DNA of 64,000 bases from a virus. Lineage: Duplodnaviria; Caudoviricetes. The stretch is taken from positions 64,252-128,251 of the IMG/VR virus record IMGVR_UViG_3300025390_000003; one strand, given 5' to 3'. The notes beneath the pieces were generated by a model. It was not told the DNA's origin, did no database searches, and saw only the letters and a list, made by a program, of their open reading frames with translations. Position 1 is the stretch's first letter. Each line of letters opens with the position of its first letter. Below, piece by piece: positions 40,178 to 50,725 of this stretch. The position numbers and the translations under genes were made by a program.

Positions 40178-40744
40178 ATGAAAGTAAAATATAAAGAGTT
40201 GCATAATGTTCGGGTATGTGTAATTGATCCATATCCTTTATTAACTAATGCCATACGAGATACTGTAGACTTTTGCGATAAAAATAATATAAGTTTTTAT
40301 ACTTCAGGTAGAGGGTCAGAAGCAGTCCAAAAATTGTTTTATCATTACTGTATATGTTATCTATCACAAGCATATGAATCTTGCCGTAGTAAATACCCAA
40401 AGATTGCAGCATTCTATCCATATAAAGATAGACATCATAAAGTTGTAAATCATTTCATTGATACATTTAATTTCGCAAAGGTGTTAAAATCCCTACCATT
40501 CCCTCATTGCATGGTTTCTACTAAAAATGATAAAGATATAGAAATAGCAGTAGTTAATACATTAGAAAAAGATAGAACTAATTACAATAAAATGGTAAAA
40601 TTTGCTAGTATACATAAGTTGAATGATATACTAGATATGTATAAAAAGAAGAAATCATTTACTGGTGATATTATCGAAGAACCAAAAAAGATAACGCCAG
40701 AATTACCAGAAGATAATATAAATTTTGAAGATACTGATAAATAA
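40178..40744 (+). CDS. Hypothetical protein
   Basis: 188-aa ORF coupled to the upstream gene. Confidence 0.7.
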   Translation: MKVKYKELHNVRVCVIDPYPLLTNAIRDTVDFCDKNNISFYTSGRGSEAVQKLFYHYCICYLSQAYESCRSKYPKIAAFYPYKDRHHKVVNHFIDTFNFAKVLKSLPFPHCMVSTKNDKDIEIAVVNTLEKDRTNYNKMVKFASIHKLNDILDMYKKKKSFTGDIIEEPKKITPELPEDNINFEDTDK

Positions 40745-40751
40745 TCATAAT

Positions 40752-41051
40752 ATGAAAACATTCGAAGAATTATACGCAAATGTATTAACCCGTTTAAGTG
40801 AAGATGTTACACCAGTGACATCTCCAGCACCCGTTCAACCAGTCGCTAATGGAACTGCTCCTACTCCAACACCAGCAACAACTACTGCAAACCCCTCTCA
40901 ATCCGCTACACCAACTCCTCCAGCAGAAACGAACACGAACTATGATGCGAACCATACTATCGTTCAACAATTGGCAAAAACAACAAATCCAGCAGACATC
41001 GTGAAAGTGCTACAAACCAATGGTGTTGCGTTGCCTACTGTTACAAAATAA
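40752..41051 (+). CDS. Pro/Thr-rich putative internal head protein
   Basis: MKTFEELYANVL...SE N-terminus; ATAAATA at 40737. Confidence 0.7.
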   Translation: MKTFEELYANVLTRLSEDVTPVTSPAPVQPVANGTAPTPTPATTTANPSQSATPTPPAETNTNYDANHTIVQQLAKTTNPADIVKVLQTNGVALPTVTK

Positions 41052-41084
41052 TTTGTTGATTAATAATATTAATATGATACAATA

Positions 41085-41399
41085 ATGTTTGTAATTATGA
41101 GTAATAAACCAAACATTAATATAACATTACCAATAGACTCATGCAATTTAATACTCGAAGCATTATTATTTGCATCTTCTGTTGATATATGTGCAAACTG
41201 GCAAGAAGATACCATAAAAGATATGATACATATTGCCACACAAATTAAAAATACAATCGGAGAAGAAAGGGGAATCGAATTGAAAAACATTTATCTTTAT
41301 AAAGATGTTGAATTTGAAGACTTGAGTATCACCAAAGAAATTAATAAAGATTTTAAAAAACTTTTGAAAACTGAAAGACTATTAAATACTAATGAATAA
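41085..41399 (+). CDS. Hypothetical protein
   Basis: ORF with a sigma70-like promoter upstream. Confidence 0.65.
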   Translation: MFVIMSNKPNINITLPIDSCNLILEALLFASSVDICANWQEDTIKDMIHIATQIKNTIGEERGIELKNIYLYKDVEFEDLSITKEINKDFKKLLKTERLLNTNE

Positions 41400-41592
41400 A
41401 CTTACTTTTTTATATAGAAAATGTAAGTTTATTTTGTTTGGACATTGGTGTGCTTTCTGGCTTTCGTCTCTTTATTTTCTTTATGGATATTCTTTTGTAG
41501 AAATTTATAAGCAAACATTAGATGAATACACAAAAGTATTATTAGAAGAATATAGAAAAGCTAAATGGAAACAAGAATATAAAACAAATTGA
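41392..41592 (+). CDS. Small hypothetical protein with a hydrophobic segment
   Basis: Overlaps the upstream stop; one possible TM helix. Confidence 0.55.
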   Translation: MNKLTFLYRKCKFILFGHWCAFWLSSLYFLYGYSFVEIYKQTLDEYTKVLLEEYRKAKWKQEYKTN

Positions 41593-41623
41593 ACATATAA
41601 AATTATATAATAAATAAAACAAC

Positions 41624-42256
41624 ATGAAAATAGCATTTATCGGAACACAATGTAATGGAAAATCTACTTTAATAGAAGAATTTATGCAAAGATGGCCTAT
41701 GTATACCAAGCCAGAAAAAACATATAGGGATTTTATTAAAGATAAAAAAATAAAACTTAATAAAAAGGGAGATGAAAAAAGTCAAAAACTTATTCTCAAT
41801 GCATTAATTGATGAAATACAAGAAGCGACTGCATCAGAACATAAATTTATGGTGTTTGATAGATGTGTTATCGACAACATGGCATATTCTTTGTGGTTAA
41901 ATTCAAAAGATTCGGGAAAAGTTAGTGATAGTTTTATTATAGATTCAAGATTTTTAGTTAACCAGACTGTAAAATTGTTTGATTTGATTTTTTATATTCC
42001 ACTAAGAGAAGAGATTCCATTAGTAAAACGTGCTGGAAGAGATGTTGATCCTGAGTTTCGTAAAGAAATTGATTATATTTTAGATGCTATGGTTGGAACA
42101 TACGAGAAGAATAAAGGTATATATTTTCCTTTAGAAGATTGTCCTGCGGTAATTCGACTTGAAGGACCACCAGATTTGAGACTGGAACAAATCCGACTCT
42201 ATTTAAAGGATGATGGAAAACCTTTTGGTGTCGAAGACGGAAGTTTGATCGCTTAA
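41624..42256 (+). CDS. P-loop nucleotide kinase (AAA_28 / dNMP kinase-like)
   Basis: IAFIGTQCNGKST, VFDRCVID, LIFYIP. Confidence 0.8.
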   Translation: MKIAFIGTQCNGKSTLIEEFMQRWPMYTKPEKTYRDFIKDKKIKLNKKGDEKSQKLILNALIDEIQEATASEHKFMVFDRCVIDNMAYSLWLNSKDSGKVSDSFIIDSRFLVNQTVKLFDLIFYIPLREEIPLVKRAGRDVDPEFRKEIDYILDAMVGTYEKNKGIYFPLEDCPAVIRLEGPPDLRLEQIRLYLKDDGKPFGVEDGSLIA

Positions 42257-42270
42257 AGATAAATAATATT

Positions 42271-42510
42271 ATGCTATATACATTACAAAACCTATACAAA
42301 GACAAAGTATTAAATAGAAACAGAATAGTTACTGAAGATATTGAACAAAATACTACAGATGATAAAAAAGTTTTGGGGATATTATCAGCAGGATTAAAAA
42401 TGGTATTGGAAATGATAGATAATCCAACTTCAGATGAAACAGAAACTCTTGAGAAAATTCGTACCGAAGTGATGAATACGTTGATTGATGCGGGAATTGA
42501 AAAAGATTAA
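42271..42510 (+). CDS. Hypothetical late protein
   Basis: ATAAATA 5 nt upstream. Confidence 0.65.
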   Translation: MLYTLQNLYKDKVLNRNRIVTEDIEQNTTDDKKVLGILSAGLKMVLEMIDNPTSDETETLEKIRTEVMNTLIDAGIEKD

Positions 42511-42516
42511 TATAAA

Positions 42517-42747
42517 ATGCGAGATATAACAAAATATATCGGTAAAGATAGCGATACCGAAAAGCTGACGGATTTTTATGCGGATTTTGAAGATTATACA
42601 ACTGGCATAAAAGAAATAGATGATATCGAAAGTGGTGATATGGTTGGTTGGGTGTGGGACAATAAAAGATATTTTGGTATAATTAGGGATAGTGGAAGCG
42701 GAAAAGATGCTTTATTTGACCTTAGAGATGTAAAAATATTAGAATAA
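42517..42747 (+). CDS. Hypothetical protein
   Basis: 76-aa ORF in the operon. Confidence 0.65.
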   Translation: MRDITKYIGKDSDTEKLTDFYADFEDYTTGIKEIDDIESGDMVGWVWDNKRYFGIIRDSGSGKDALFDLRDVKILE

Positions 42748-42790
42748 TTCTTGACTTTGGTTGAAAATTGGTGTAGTATTAAGCCCTAAT

Positions 42791-43039
42791 ATGAATACAA
42801 CAAATCAATCAATCGTAATCAAGCAACTAAACAATATCAATGGAGAAATCGACTTCAACAACCAAATCTCAAGAGTTCCGAAGTGGCTAAAGAGTGAAAT
42901 TGTTAAGGAATGTATCAATTCCACAAAATACCATTTTATGGGGTTTATTGACCGTTCTAATTTTGCAATTTTGGCTGCTCGTTACCATAATGTAAGAGAC
43001 ACTAAAGGTCGGTTTGCGAAAATCAAAACCTCTAAGTAA
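42791..43039 (+). CDS. Hypothetical protein
   Basis: ATG after TTGACT-N17-TAGTAT; followed by a terminator. Confidence 0.6.
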   Translation: MNTTNQSIVIKQLNNINGEIDFNNQISRVPKWLKSEIVKECINSTKYHFMGFIDRSNFAILAARYHNVRDTKGRFAKIKTSK

Positions 43040-43059
43040 TTGTAATAGAGCGTGATGTG

Positions 43060-43095
43060 GTAGCGTTAGGTATTTTTGCCTAACGCTATTTTTTT
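43060..43095 (+). terminator. Intrinsic terminator
   Basis: tagcgttagg/cctaacgcta stem followed by a T-run. Confidence 0.85.
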
Positions 43096-43181
43096 ATATT
43101 TTTGATGGTAAATAGAAAGAGAACCAACGAGTTTTTAAAAAATATTTGATTTAATTATAATAATAGTATAAAATATCCAAC

Positions 43182-44030
43182 ATGAACAAACCAAAAATTA
43201 CAAAACCTAAACGTATTAAATCTGCAAAAAAGGTAGATACTAAGGTTTCTGTAAAAAAATCCTTGGTAAAAGGCGAAAAGAAATTAAAAGAAATCAAACC
43301 CCCTAGAAAGAAACAGACTACAAAAATTGAAGAAGTTGTCAAACCTACTAGAAAGAAAAGAACAAAAAAGGAAGTTGTTGTTGAAGTTAAAAAAGTTCGC
43401 AAGAAAAGAACAGCTAAAGTGACTCCTATTAAGAATGAAGTTGTAAAGAGTCCAGTTAAAAATAAGCGCAAACCAAAAAAAATTAAAAAAACAAAGATAG
43501 TAAAAGAACTTCCGAGAATTTTGGTTTGTATATTAACAGGGCAAAAGGTTAAAATTGGATATCCTCAATTATTAAAACAATATGTGAAATTAAAATTTGA
43601 TTCTTTGGAGGATTATCAGCAATATTATGTATGTAAAGATGCTAGGAAACTTTTGCTAGAGGGTAAAACAGAATCAGATATTAGAAAACAATATAATTGC
43701 AATGATACAACAGTAATACCCTTTCGTATTTTAAAGTGTTATGCGAAAAAATTTAAAAGTAAAGATTTCATGGAACGGAAAAGAAGAAGAAATCAGCTTA
43801 AGGAAATGATGAATAATCGCAGTAGTATAAGCACATTAGGAAATACAGACAACCATACACAAGAAGTAAAATTCGAAAGTAATTCTATTATGATGGATAC
43901 TTGTTGGCGACCAAATTTGTATCTTGATAATGACCATGCGTGTGATGGTTGTAATTTATTTGAAAAATGTAATTGCAAAATCAAAAAAATATCAAAAAGA
44001 GAATTACTAAGGATTAAAAATGATAAATGA
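43182..44030 (+). CDS. Protein with histone-H1-like Lys-rich N-terminus and C-terminal Cys cluster
   Basis: About 105 aa of K/R/V/P/T-rich low complexity; CWRP...CDGC...CNC. Confidence 0.75.
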   Translation: MNKPKITKPKRIKSAKKVDTKVSVKKSLVKGEKKLKEIKPPRKKQTTKIEEVVKPTRKKRTKKEVVVEVKKVRKKRTAKVTPIKNEVVKSPVKNKRKPKKIKKTKIVKELPRILVCILTGQKVKIGYPQLLKQYVKLKFDSLEDYQQYYVCKDARKLLLEGKTESDIRKQYNCNDTTVIPFRILKCYAKKFKSKDFMERKRRRNQLKEMMNNRSSISTLGNTDNHTQEVKFESNSIMMDTCWRPNLYLDNDHACDGCNLFEKCNCKIKKISKRELLRIKNDK

Positions 44031-44820
44031 TTTAAAAGAATTGCAGGTGTTCAATCGAATTACATATTTTGATAGAGAACATAAATATAAAATTGATGGT
44101 AAATCTACTCCACTATCGGTTTCTGGCCTCATTGAACATTTTAAACCAAAATTTGATGTTGAGTTCTTTGCTGGAAGAACCGCAAAGAATTTAGGTGTAA
44201 CCAAAGAAGAAGTCATAGAATTGTGGAATATAAAGAATTTCTTTTCAACACAACAAGGAACGATATTACATTTTTATATTGATAACTATTTTAGAAATCG
44301 AGTATATCCTTATGAAGATTTACAAAAAGCTAATGCATCCTTTGATAAACCAACAAGAACTAAATTAAACGAGAATTTATACATATTAATACAACAATTT
44401 GAAAGTTTCTTTAATGACCATTCTCATTTATTACCAATAAAAAATGAATTTATATTAGGAGATATTGATGATACTCGAATATGTGGAACTCTGGATTTGT
44501 TAGTTTATAATACCAAATTAGAAGGTTATGAAATTTACGATTTTAAAACCAATCTGCGTTTTGAATCAACTAATAAGAAATATAAAAAATTTTTCAATTC
44601 GCCAATATCCCATATTCCAGTATGTGAAAATGATTCGTATGCGCTACAAATGTCCTTGTATCAATATATATTAGAAAAATACACTTCATTAAAGATTGTA
44701 GGGAATAACGCGGTTTGGTTTAACGTTTCTAATGATACATATAAATTGTTTCCCATGAAAGATTATAGGAAAGAAGCTAAAATTATGTTAGAAACTTATC
44801 ATGCTAATCTTTTAATTTAA
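44020..44820 (+). CDS. PD-(D/E)XK exonuclease
   Basis: SVSGLI, GTILH, GTLDLL, IYDFKT, YALQMSLY. Confidence 0.88.
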   Translation: MINDLKELQVFNRITYFDREHKYKIDGKSTPLSVSGLIEHFKPKFDVEFFAGRTAKNLGVTKEEVIELWNIKNFFSTQQGTILHFYIDNYFRNRVYPYEDLQKANASFDKPTRTKLNENLYILIQQFESFFNDHSHLLPIKNEFILGDIDDTRICGTLDLLVYNTKLEGYEIYDFKTNLRFESTNKKYKKFFNSPISHIPVCENDSYALQMSLYQYILEKYTSLKIVGNNAVWFNVSNDTYKLFPMKDYRKEAKIMLETYHANLLI

Positions 44821-45139
44821 TTATTGTAAAGTATAAAATTAATGTTGAAATGTAACACGGAAACATTTCAACATTTAAATTGAACATGATACTCAATATA
44901 AACCCCAAACATACTGGACATGATATAAGTTTTATCAGAAATTTAATTATACTACTATCGTATTGTGGGCGTTTTAAGAAAATATATTGGGGAAATGTTA
45001 ATCCATTAGAATTCTTTAGATAATCTATGATAAAGAAATCCAGTTTAAACAACTTTAAATATTCAATAAATGCATCAGTATTGAACCAAATGAATAAAAT
45101 TGTAGTTATAATGAAAGAATTTAATGAAAAAAATGGCAT
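44804..45139 (-). CDS. Small membrane protein with CxxC
   Basis: Hydrophobic segments and LISCPVCLGF. Confidence 0.6.
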   Translation of the reverse strand: MPFFSLNSFIITTILFIWFNTDAFIEYLKLFKLDFFIIDYLKNSNGLTFPQYIFLKRPQYDSSIIKFLIKLISCPVCLGFILSIMFNLNVEMFPCYISTLILYFTIIKLKD

Positions 45140-45143
45140 ACGG

Positions 45144-45151
45144 TATAAATA
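45144..45151 (+). promoter_or_regulatory. T4-type late promoter TATAAATA
   Basis: Perfect consensus 12 nt before ATG 45164. Confidence 0.7.
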
Positions 45152-45163
45152 ATTATATCAATT

Positions 45164-45625
45164 ATGAAATTTGACAACTTATATAAACGAATTTTCGAAG
45201 CCAATGAAGCCATTCCATCTGATTTTGATGTAGAACCTGCTCCAATCGTTGCAGGGGCTTCTAAGGGCGTTGAGGGAGCTTCTAATGCTGCTTCTGGTGC
45301 TGCTGGTGCAAACTCTTTAATGTCGTATGTAAGCATCGTAGATTCCACTATAGATTCTTTAAACGGAACGACAGAAGATTCTTTACAGAAATTATTGAAA
45401 ATTCTTGATCGCCCATCTACCCCATTTGAAGGTATTGCTGAAGAGATGTGGTCGGAAATCAACAGAGCAGCGGATGCCCTTGCTGGTGTGTCTACTATGT
45501 TGAAGGCTTACGTAAACTTAAATACCGATACTGCAATAACTCCTGAAGTTCCCGCAGTTATGCCAGAAGGAGCACCAGAAGAAAATGGTGAAGAATCTGC
45601 TCCTGAAGTTGCACCAAAAGGTTAA
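45164..45625 (+). CDS. Acidic putative internal head / core protein
   Basis: MKFDNLYKRIFE N-terminus and late promoter. Confidence 0.7.
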   Translation: MKFDNLYKRIFEANEAIPSDFDVEPAPIVAGASKGVEGASNAASGAAGANSLMSYVSIVDSTIDSLNGTTEDSLQKLLKILDRPSTPFEGIAEEMWSEINRAADALAGVSTMLKAYVNLNTDTAITPEVPAVMPEGAPEENGEESAPEVAPKG

Positions 45626-45662
45626 TATTTGATTTTTTGATTTTTAGTGATATTATTCCTAT

Positions 45663-46670
45663 ATGGAAGATATTCCTTCAAATTATATTATACAACAAAT
45701 ATATTCATACTGTAACCGTCCTATTTACAAAAAGGCCAGCAATGTATATAATGCGGAGTGTTGCGTTTGTAATGAAGGTAGGAGTAAAGGTAAAAAACGT
45801 AGATTGTTTTACTATCCAAAGGAACATAGTTTATTCTGCTTTAATTGTAATAGACACTGGAAAGATATAGATTGGGTAAAAGAAGTTACGAATAAATCAT
45901 TTCTTGATATTATTCGAGACATCAGATCGTATAATGGGGAAGTTGATTATACTGAAATCAACAAACCACAAACTACAGAGGAAAAGAAATTAATTCTTGA
46001 TCTACCAGAAGAGTCTATAAATTTATGCAATCAAAAAGAGTGTGATTATTACATTAATCAGAATAATGAAGCAAGTTTGGTTGTAAAAAAAGCATTAGAA
46101 TATTGCACCGAAAGAAGATTGTTTACTGCAATTAATCGACCAAAAACACTACATATATCAGTAAAGGATTTTATACATAAAAATAGATTGGTAATCCCAT
46201 TTTATGATAAGGGTGGGAAAGTTGAATATTACCAGACTCGAACTTTAAATGCTGATGAATACCCAAAATATCTATGTAAGGGAGGAGATAAATGTTTGTT
46301 TGGTATGCACAATATAGATTATGACATACCTTATCTTTTTCTCTTTGAGGGTCCTATTGATGGAATGTTTGTAAAAAACGGATTAGGAATGGCAGGATTA
46401 AACCTAACAGAATCACAGGATAATTTCGTCAAACGTTGTATTGGAATGGAATCTATTTATGTTTTCGATAACGACAAGAATAACAAAGAAGTAAAAGACC
46501 ATATTAAAAGGGTGATAAAAAGCGGCAAAAGAGTATTTATCTGGCCTAAAGAATTTAAAAACTTCAAGGACGTTAATGAAATTTGTTGTAAATTGCAATT
46601 AGATGAATTCCCTTGGAAATATATAGTTGCAAATACTCAACAAGGTATTAAAGCATTGTTGAATATGTGA
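45663..46670 (+). CDS. gp61: DNA primase
   Basis: CCVC...CFNC Zn ribbon, RLVIPF, PKYL, TOPRIM EGPIDG and VFDND. Confidence 0.95.
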   Translation: MEDIPSNYIIQQIYSYCNRPIYKKASNVYNAECCVCNEGRSKGKKRRLFYYPKEHSLFCFNCNRHWKDIDWVKEVTNKSFLDIIRDIRSYNGEVDYTEINKPQTTEEKKLILDLPEESINLCNQKECDYYINQNNEASLVVKKALEYCTERRLFTAINRPKTLHISVKDFIHKNRLVIPFYDKGGKVEYYQTRTLNADEYPKYLCKGGDKCLFGMHNIDYDIPYLFLFEGPIDGMFVKNGLGMAGLNLTESQDNFVKRCIGMESIYVFDNDKNNKEVKDHIKRVIKSGKRVFIWPKEFKNFKDVNEICCKLQLDEFPWKYIVANTQQGIKALLNM

Positions 46671-46985
46671 TTATTCTTTGTTTGTTTTTGCTTCAGGTTC
46701 TTCAGTATCAATTTCGAAAGATTCTTCAGGTTCTGGTTCTACAATAGGGGCATCTTTCATACCATTGATTCTAAATTTTATAGCCTTGACAAATTTTTCC
46801 TCTAAATTTTTAACTGGTCTAGATTCTCCGTTTTCTTCTACTACTTTCAATCTAGCATATTCTTTGTTTAGTGCTTCAACAAATTCATCACTAAACTTCA
46901 TTTCTTTTGGGTATATGGTTCTTGTTATCAACTTCATAGAGGTTGGATAAAAGTTTTCGAATAGTTCGTCAAATTGATTTGTCAT
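46671..46985 (-). CDS. Putative internal head protein
   Basis: MTNQFDELFE N-terminus; CTAAATA upstream. Confidence 0.65.
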   Translation of the reverse strand: MTNQFDELFENFYPTSMKLITRTIYPKEMKFSDEFVEALNKEYARLKVVEENGESRPVKNLEEKFVKAIKFRINGMKDAPIVEPEPEESFEIDTEEPEAKTNKE

Positions 46986-46993
46986 ATTATTAT

Positions 46994-48316
46994 TTAGGTG
47001 AAAATTCCAGCTAATGCCTGTGCTGCTTGTGCTCCTGCCGCTACTTTATCTGCAATATTACCCGTTGTCTTTATTTGGACAACATAATTTGAAATTGCTT
47101 GGTATATTGGAGTGGCTTTGTTTTTACTATCGTTTACGGTTTTAATATAAGGATCACCAACTATTGGCATTGGATGTGTTTGTGTATTGGCTGGTGTCTC
47201 TTCGATAAGATATTTATTCTTTATAAACTTTGAAAATGATAATTTTTCTTCCGTTGGTGTTTCTATAGCAGGGGATTCTTCTGTGTTTGGTGTTTCTATC
47301 GTTGTTTTTACAGCGGCTGATACTGTGTCTTTAGATATAAAATTATTGATACCCTTTAAAAAATTCACATAATCTTTTTTTATTATGTCGTTTGCTGCTG
47401 ACGTTCCGATACTATTTAAAATTGTATTAGGAGAAAGTTTTAGATTTTCTTCTAATGCAACATCTATACCAAAAATTTTAATTTGGCTTTTATACCAATT
47501 TATTATACTACTAGAACAATTTAATAAACTATTGTCTTTTAATGTTGTTTTGGATTTTCCCGTTATATAATCTGTGGGATAAAATAATATGTTATCTACC
47601 ATATTAAAATCTGTAAATTTTGCAGTAGTTATTTTATATAGAATGCCTTCCTTTGCTTTGGTTATTCCTATTATTGCATCATATATCGACATTGATTCGT
47701 ATTGTGACATACCCAAAGCTTCTAATGAAGCATTTGTGTTTTTAAGTTCGGGGCATATATACTCTGAAGGTTTGTATTGATTGAATAGTTTATTTTGAAA
47801 TTGTTCAAATTTATTTAAAACGAATGTTTTGTGGTTTTGTTGTGTCCCATCAATAATACTTTTTATTGATGTGTTATCAGTATATAAATTTCCTAAATAT
47901 CCTTCTTCTGCTTTTTTTTGTGAAAATTTCCATAAAACATATCCCAAATCTATAATAGGAAACAAATCTTCTATTGTTGCCTTTTGCGACTTAGGAAGAT
48001 ATGTTTTTGTACCTCCAGCATATGCTCTAGCATATCCAAATGCATCTAAAATCGTAATATCATCTGCCAAATCTTTGTTGTTTTTACTGACGATTTCTTT
48101 TACGAAATCTTTAAATCCTTTAGATTCAAAAGGTTTCGGTGGTGTAGATTCGGGGGTATCAGAAGGTGGGTTTGGTGGTGGTTGGGTTGGTTTGGTGTTA
48201 TTTGCCGCAGGTTGGATATTATTCGCAGGAGATTGTGGGGCATTTGGAGCCATCATAGTAGCTTCATTAACCAATAACACACTCTCCACAAATTTACTAA
48301 AATTGAACATATACAT
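46994..48316 (-). CDS. Putative virion internal protein
   Basis: MFNFSKFVESVLLVNE N-terminus, internal SFSKFI...IEE, Pro-rich linker, Ala-rich C-terminus; ATAAATA upstream. Confidence 0.7.
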   Translation of the reverse strand: MYMFNFSKFVESVLLVNEATMMAPNAPQSPANNIQPAANNTKPTQPPPNPPSDTPESTPPKPFESKGFKDFVKEIVSKNNKDLADDITILDAFGYARAYAGGTKTYLPKSQKATIEDLFPIIDLGYVLWKFSQKKAEEGYLGNLYTDNTSIKSIIDGTQQNHKTFVLNKFEQFQNKLFNQYKPSEYICPELKNTNASLEALGMSQYESMSIYDAIIGITKAKEGILYKITTAKFTDFNMVDNILFYPTDYITGKSKTTLKDNSLLNCSSSIINWYKSQIKIFGIDVALEENLKLSPNTILNSIGTSAANDIIKKDYVNFLKGINNFISKDTVSAAVKTTIETPNTEESPAIETPTEEKLSFSKFIKNKYLIEETPANTQTHPMPIVGDPYIKTVNDSKNKATPIYQAISNYVVQIKTTGNIADKVAAGAQAAQALAGIFT

Positions 48317-48412
48317 TATTTATCTATATTTTGAAAATTTGTATGGATTTTATATACAAGGAATATTTCGTCCAAACATACCAAAAAAATAAAATTTTGG
48401 TTAAGTAAGTAT

Positions 48413-49288
48413 ATGAATGATATTTTCTATGTTTATGCTATACTCGATCCACGAAAATCGGGAAACTATAAATATGGAAATTTTGTATTTTCGTTTGAAC
48501 CATTTTATATAGGAAAGGGGAAGGGTGATAGATGTCGTAAGCATTTCACAAAAAAAGTTCTAGCAGAATCCAATTTGCCCGTTCATAATAAAATAAAGAA
48601 AATAATGAGAGAAAATTTCATGCCTGTTGTGATAAAGTTGAAAACTGAATTGTCTGAAACTGCTGCATTAGAATTGGAACGGTTGCTTATTAGTATTATG
48701 GGGAAGAGACATTATAATACTGGTATATTAGAAAATTTAATTGATGGAGGAACCGGATTTTCTGGCTATCATTATAAATTTACCGAGGAACATAAACAAA
48801 AAATTAGTAATGCGTTAAAAGGTAAGAAGAAAAGCGAAGAACATATATTAAATATTAGTAAATCCCATAAAGGGATTCCCAATAATTGGAAGGGGAGAAA
48901 ACATACAAAAGAAAGTAGATTGAATATGTCAAAAGCTAGAAAGGGAAAATCTTGGAATGCGATTCACGGAGAAGAAAATTCGAATATCCGAAAAACCAAA
49001 TCTTCTGAGAGAAGTAAGGGGAAAAATAATCCATTTTTTGGAAAAAAACATACAGATGAAGTAAAAAAATTTATATCCGAACAAAACAAAAAACTTATAG
49101 GAGAACATGCAAGAAATGCAAAAACATGGATATTCCATTCTCCTGATGGAGATAAATATATAATTAAAGGATCATTTGGAAGATTTTGTAATGAACATGG
49201 GTTATCCATAAGTTCTATGAAAAAAGTGGCAAAAGGTAAACAAAAAACATATAAAAATTGGAGATGTTATGAAGAGAATAAAACCTAA
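48413..49288 (+). CDS. GIY-YIG homing endonuclease with NUMOD3 repeats
   Basis: FYVY...FYIGKG, N..DGG, repeated G(K/R)KH(T/S)xE. Confidence 0.9.
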   Translation: MNDIFYVYAILDPRKSGNYKYGNFVFSFEPFYIGKGKGDRCRKHFTKKVLAESNLPVHNKIKKIMRENFMPVVIKLKTELSETAALELERLLISIMGKRHYNTGILENLIDGGTGFSGYHYKFTEEHKQKISNALKGKKKSEEHILNISKSHKGIPNNWKGRKHTKESRLNMSKARKGKSWNAIHGEENSNIRKTKSSERSKGKNNPFFGKKHTDEVKKFISEQNKKLIGEHARNAKTWIFHSPDGDKYIIKGSFGRFCNEHGLSISSMKKVAKGKQKTYKNWRCYEENKT

Positions 49289-49730
49289 ATATAAACAAGG
49301 AGTGTTCATTTGTAGGAATCCACAGAAATATGTAGGAACACATCCCATATTTTTTCGCAGTGGCCTGGAAATGAAATTTATGCGTTGGTTAGACAGGAAT
49401 CCTAATGTGATTTCTTGGAGTAGTGAATCTGTAATCATTCCGTATGTTGATCCATTATCTTTACACACTAAAAAGATTAGGAGATATTTTGTAGATAATA
49501 CAGTAGTTATAAAGGATGCTACTGGAACACCTATGAAATATTTGATAGAGATTAAACCTGAAAGCCAAACAAAACCACCAATTTCTAAACGTCATACAAA
49601 ATCCCTCATAAATCAACAATTAACGTATGCCAAAAATCAAGCAAAATGGAAAGCTGCAACGGAATGGTGTGCAAAGAAAGGTGATATTAAATTTATGATA
49701 ATCACAGAAAAAGATTTGAATAACCTTTAA
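49269..49730 (+). CDS. gp4: Head completion nuclease
   Basis: NPQKYVG, RSGLE, WSSE, RRYFVD, IEIKP, NQAKWKAA, ITE. Confidence 0.92.
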   Translation: MKRIKPKYKQGVFICRNPQKYVGTHPIFFRSGLEMKFMRWLDRNPNVISWSSESVIIPYVDPLSLHTKKIRRYFVDNTVVIKDATGTPMKYLIEIKPESQTKPPISKRHTKSLINQQLTYAKNQAKWKAATEWCAKKGDIKFMIITEKDLNNL

Positions 49731-50488
49731 TTATTTTCTTCTATTTCGTTATATAAATCCATCAGTTTAACTTTGAATCTTTTCCATAATCTATTATCTT
49801 TATGGAGAATGTTTAATAGTGGTTTAAATTCGTTCATATAAGAAGGCAATTCAAGTTCATTGTATTTATCGTATGTTGAATATGGAGCGTTTATGAATAT
49901 TCTTAATTTAGTCAAAAATCTTTCTTTATCATTTTTCCATGCAGATTCGCTTTTAAAGATTTCTAAGTTTCTACGTTTTAGTGATTTATATACTTCTTTT
50001 ATTTTATACATCATTCCTGTTAATTGTGCTTCTAATTCTAGTGGTTCTTTGTAGTAATGTTCAGGATTTTTAAGATCAGTAATGGATTTGCCTTTCTCTA
50101 ATTCCGACACTGCGTTTTTGTATTTCTCTGATTGTTTTTTATATCTCTGGATTGCATGTACAGTTTCATGAGATAATATTTCAAATAATGCATCAGCTTT
50201 GAGTGTTATTATAAAATCATAGTTTAGTTCTATTTGTTTTGTGTTTGGGTTGTATATTCCACCAATTTTTTTATTTATTTTTTTAGATATTACAATAGGA
50301 ATAGATATTTTAGTGTCGTTTTCTAAATTTGTGGTTGTTATATTTCCTATTCTTTGGTTGTGTTTTACATCTCTTTTTTTTGGGTTATTAACAAAATTAT
50401 CGACAATATTGTGTATCTGGTTAATCGTATCATTATCCAGTTTGAAAAATTTAGCCTCTTTAAGAATACGGAATTCTGTAAACGTCAT
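49727..50488 (-). CDS. Zincin metallopeptidase-like putative internal protein
   Basis: HETVH (HExxH) plus YYKEPLELEA; N-terminal MTFTEFRILKE; TTAAATA upstream. Confidence 0.7.
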   Translation of the reverse strand: MTFTEFRILKEAKFFKLDNDTINQIHNIVDNFVNNPKKRDVKHNQRIGNITTTNLENDTKISIPIVISKKINKKIGGIYNPNTKQIELNYDFIITLKADALFEILSHETVHAIQRYKKQSEKYKNAVSELEKGKSITDLKNPEHYYKEPLELEAQLTGMMYKIKEVYKSLKRRNLEIFKSESAWKNDKERFLTKLRIFINAPYSTYDKYNELELPSYMNEFKPLLNILHKDNRLWKRFKVKLMDLYNEIEENN

Positions 50489-50492
50489 AGTA

Positions 50493-50717
50493 TTATTTAA
50501 GTGGTTTCTCGAATAATTGGAAATCTACCTTATTGTCTGTTATTTTTCCTATTACCAGAACATCATTCCCTGTAGTTTGGTTATATATTAATGCGTATCT
50601 ATCAACCATTTCTCTTACATATAAACTATTATCTTTGAAAATATATCCTTCATTAGATATTATTTCTTCTAGCTTTTTTAGTTTTTCGTTTATATCTTTG
50701 AACTTATCTTCGTTCAT
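50493..50717 (-). CDS. Hypothetical protein
   Basis: 74-aa ORF with ATAAATA upstream. Confidence 0.6.
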   Translation of the reverse strand: MNEDKFKDINEKLKKLEEIISNEGYIFKDNSLYVREMVDRYALIYNQTTGNDVLVIGKITDNKVDFQLFEKPLK

Positions 50718-50725
50718 TAAAATAT

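Noticed and set aside
40178-40744. RNase H / 5' nuclease-like protein
   Set aside because: Only a faint VCVID start; the acidic catalytic motifs are not visible.
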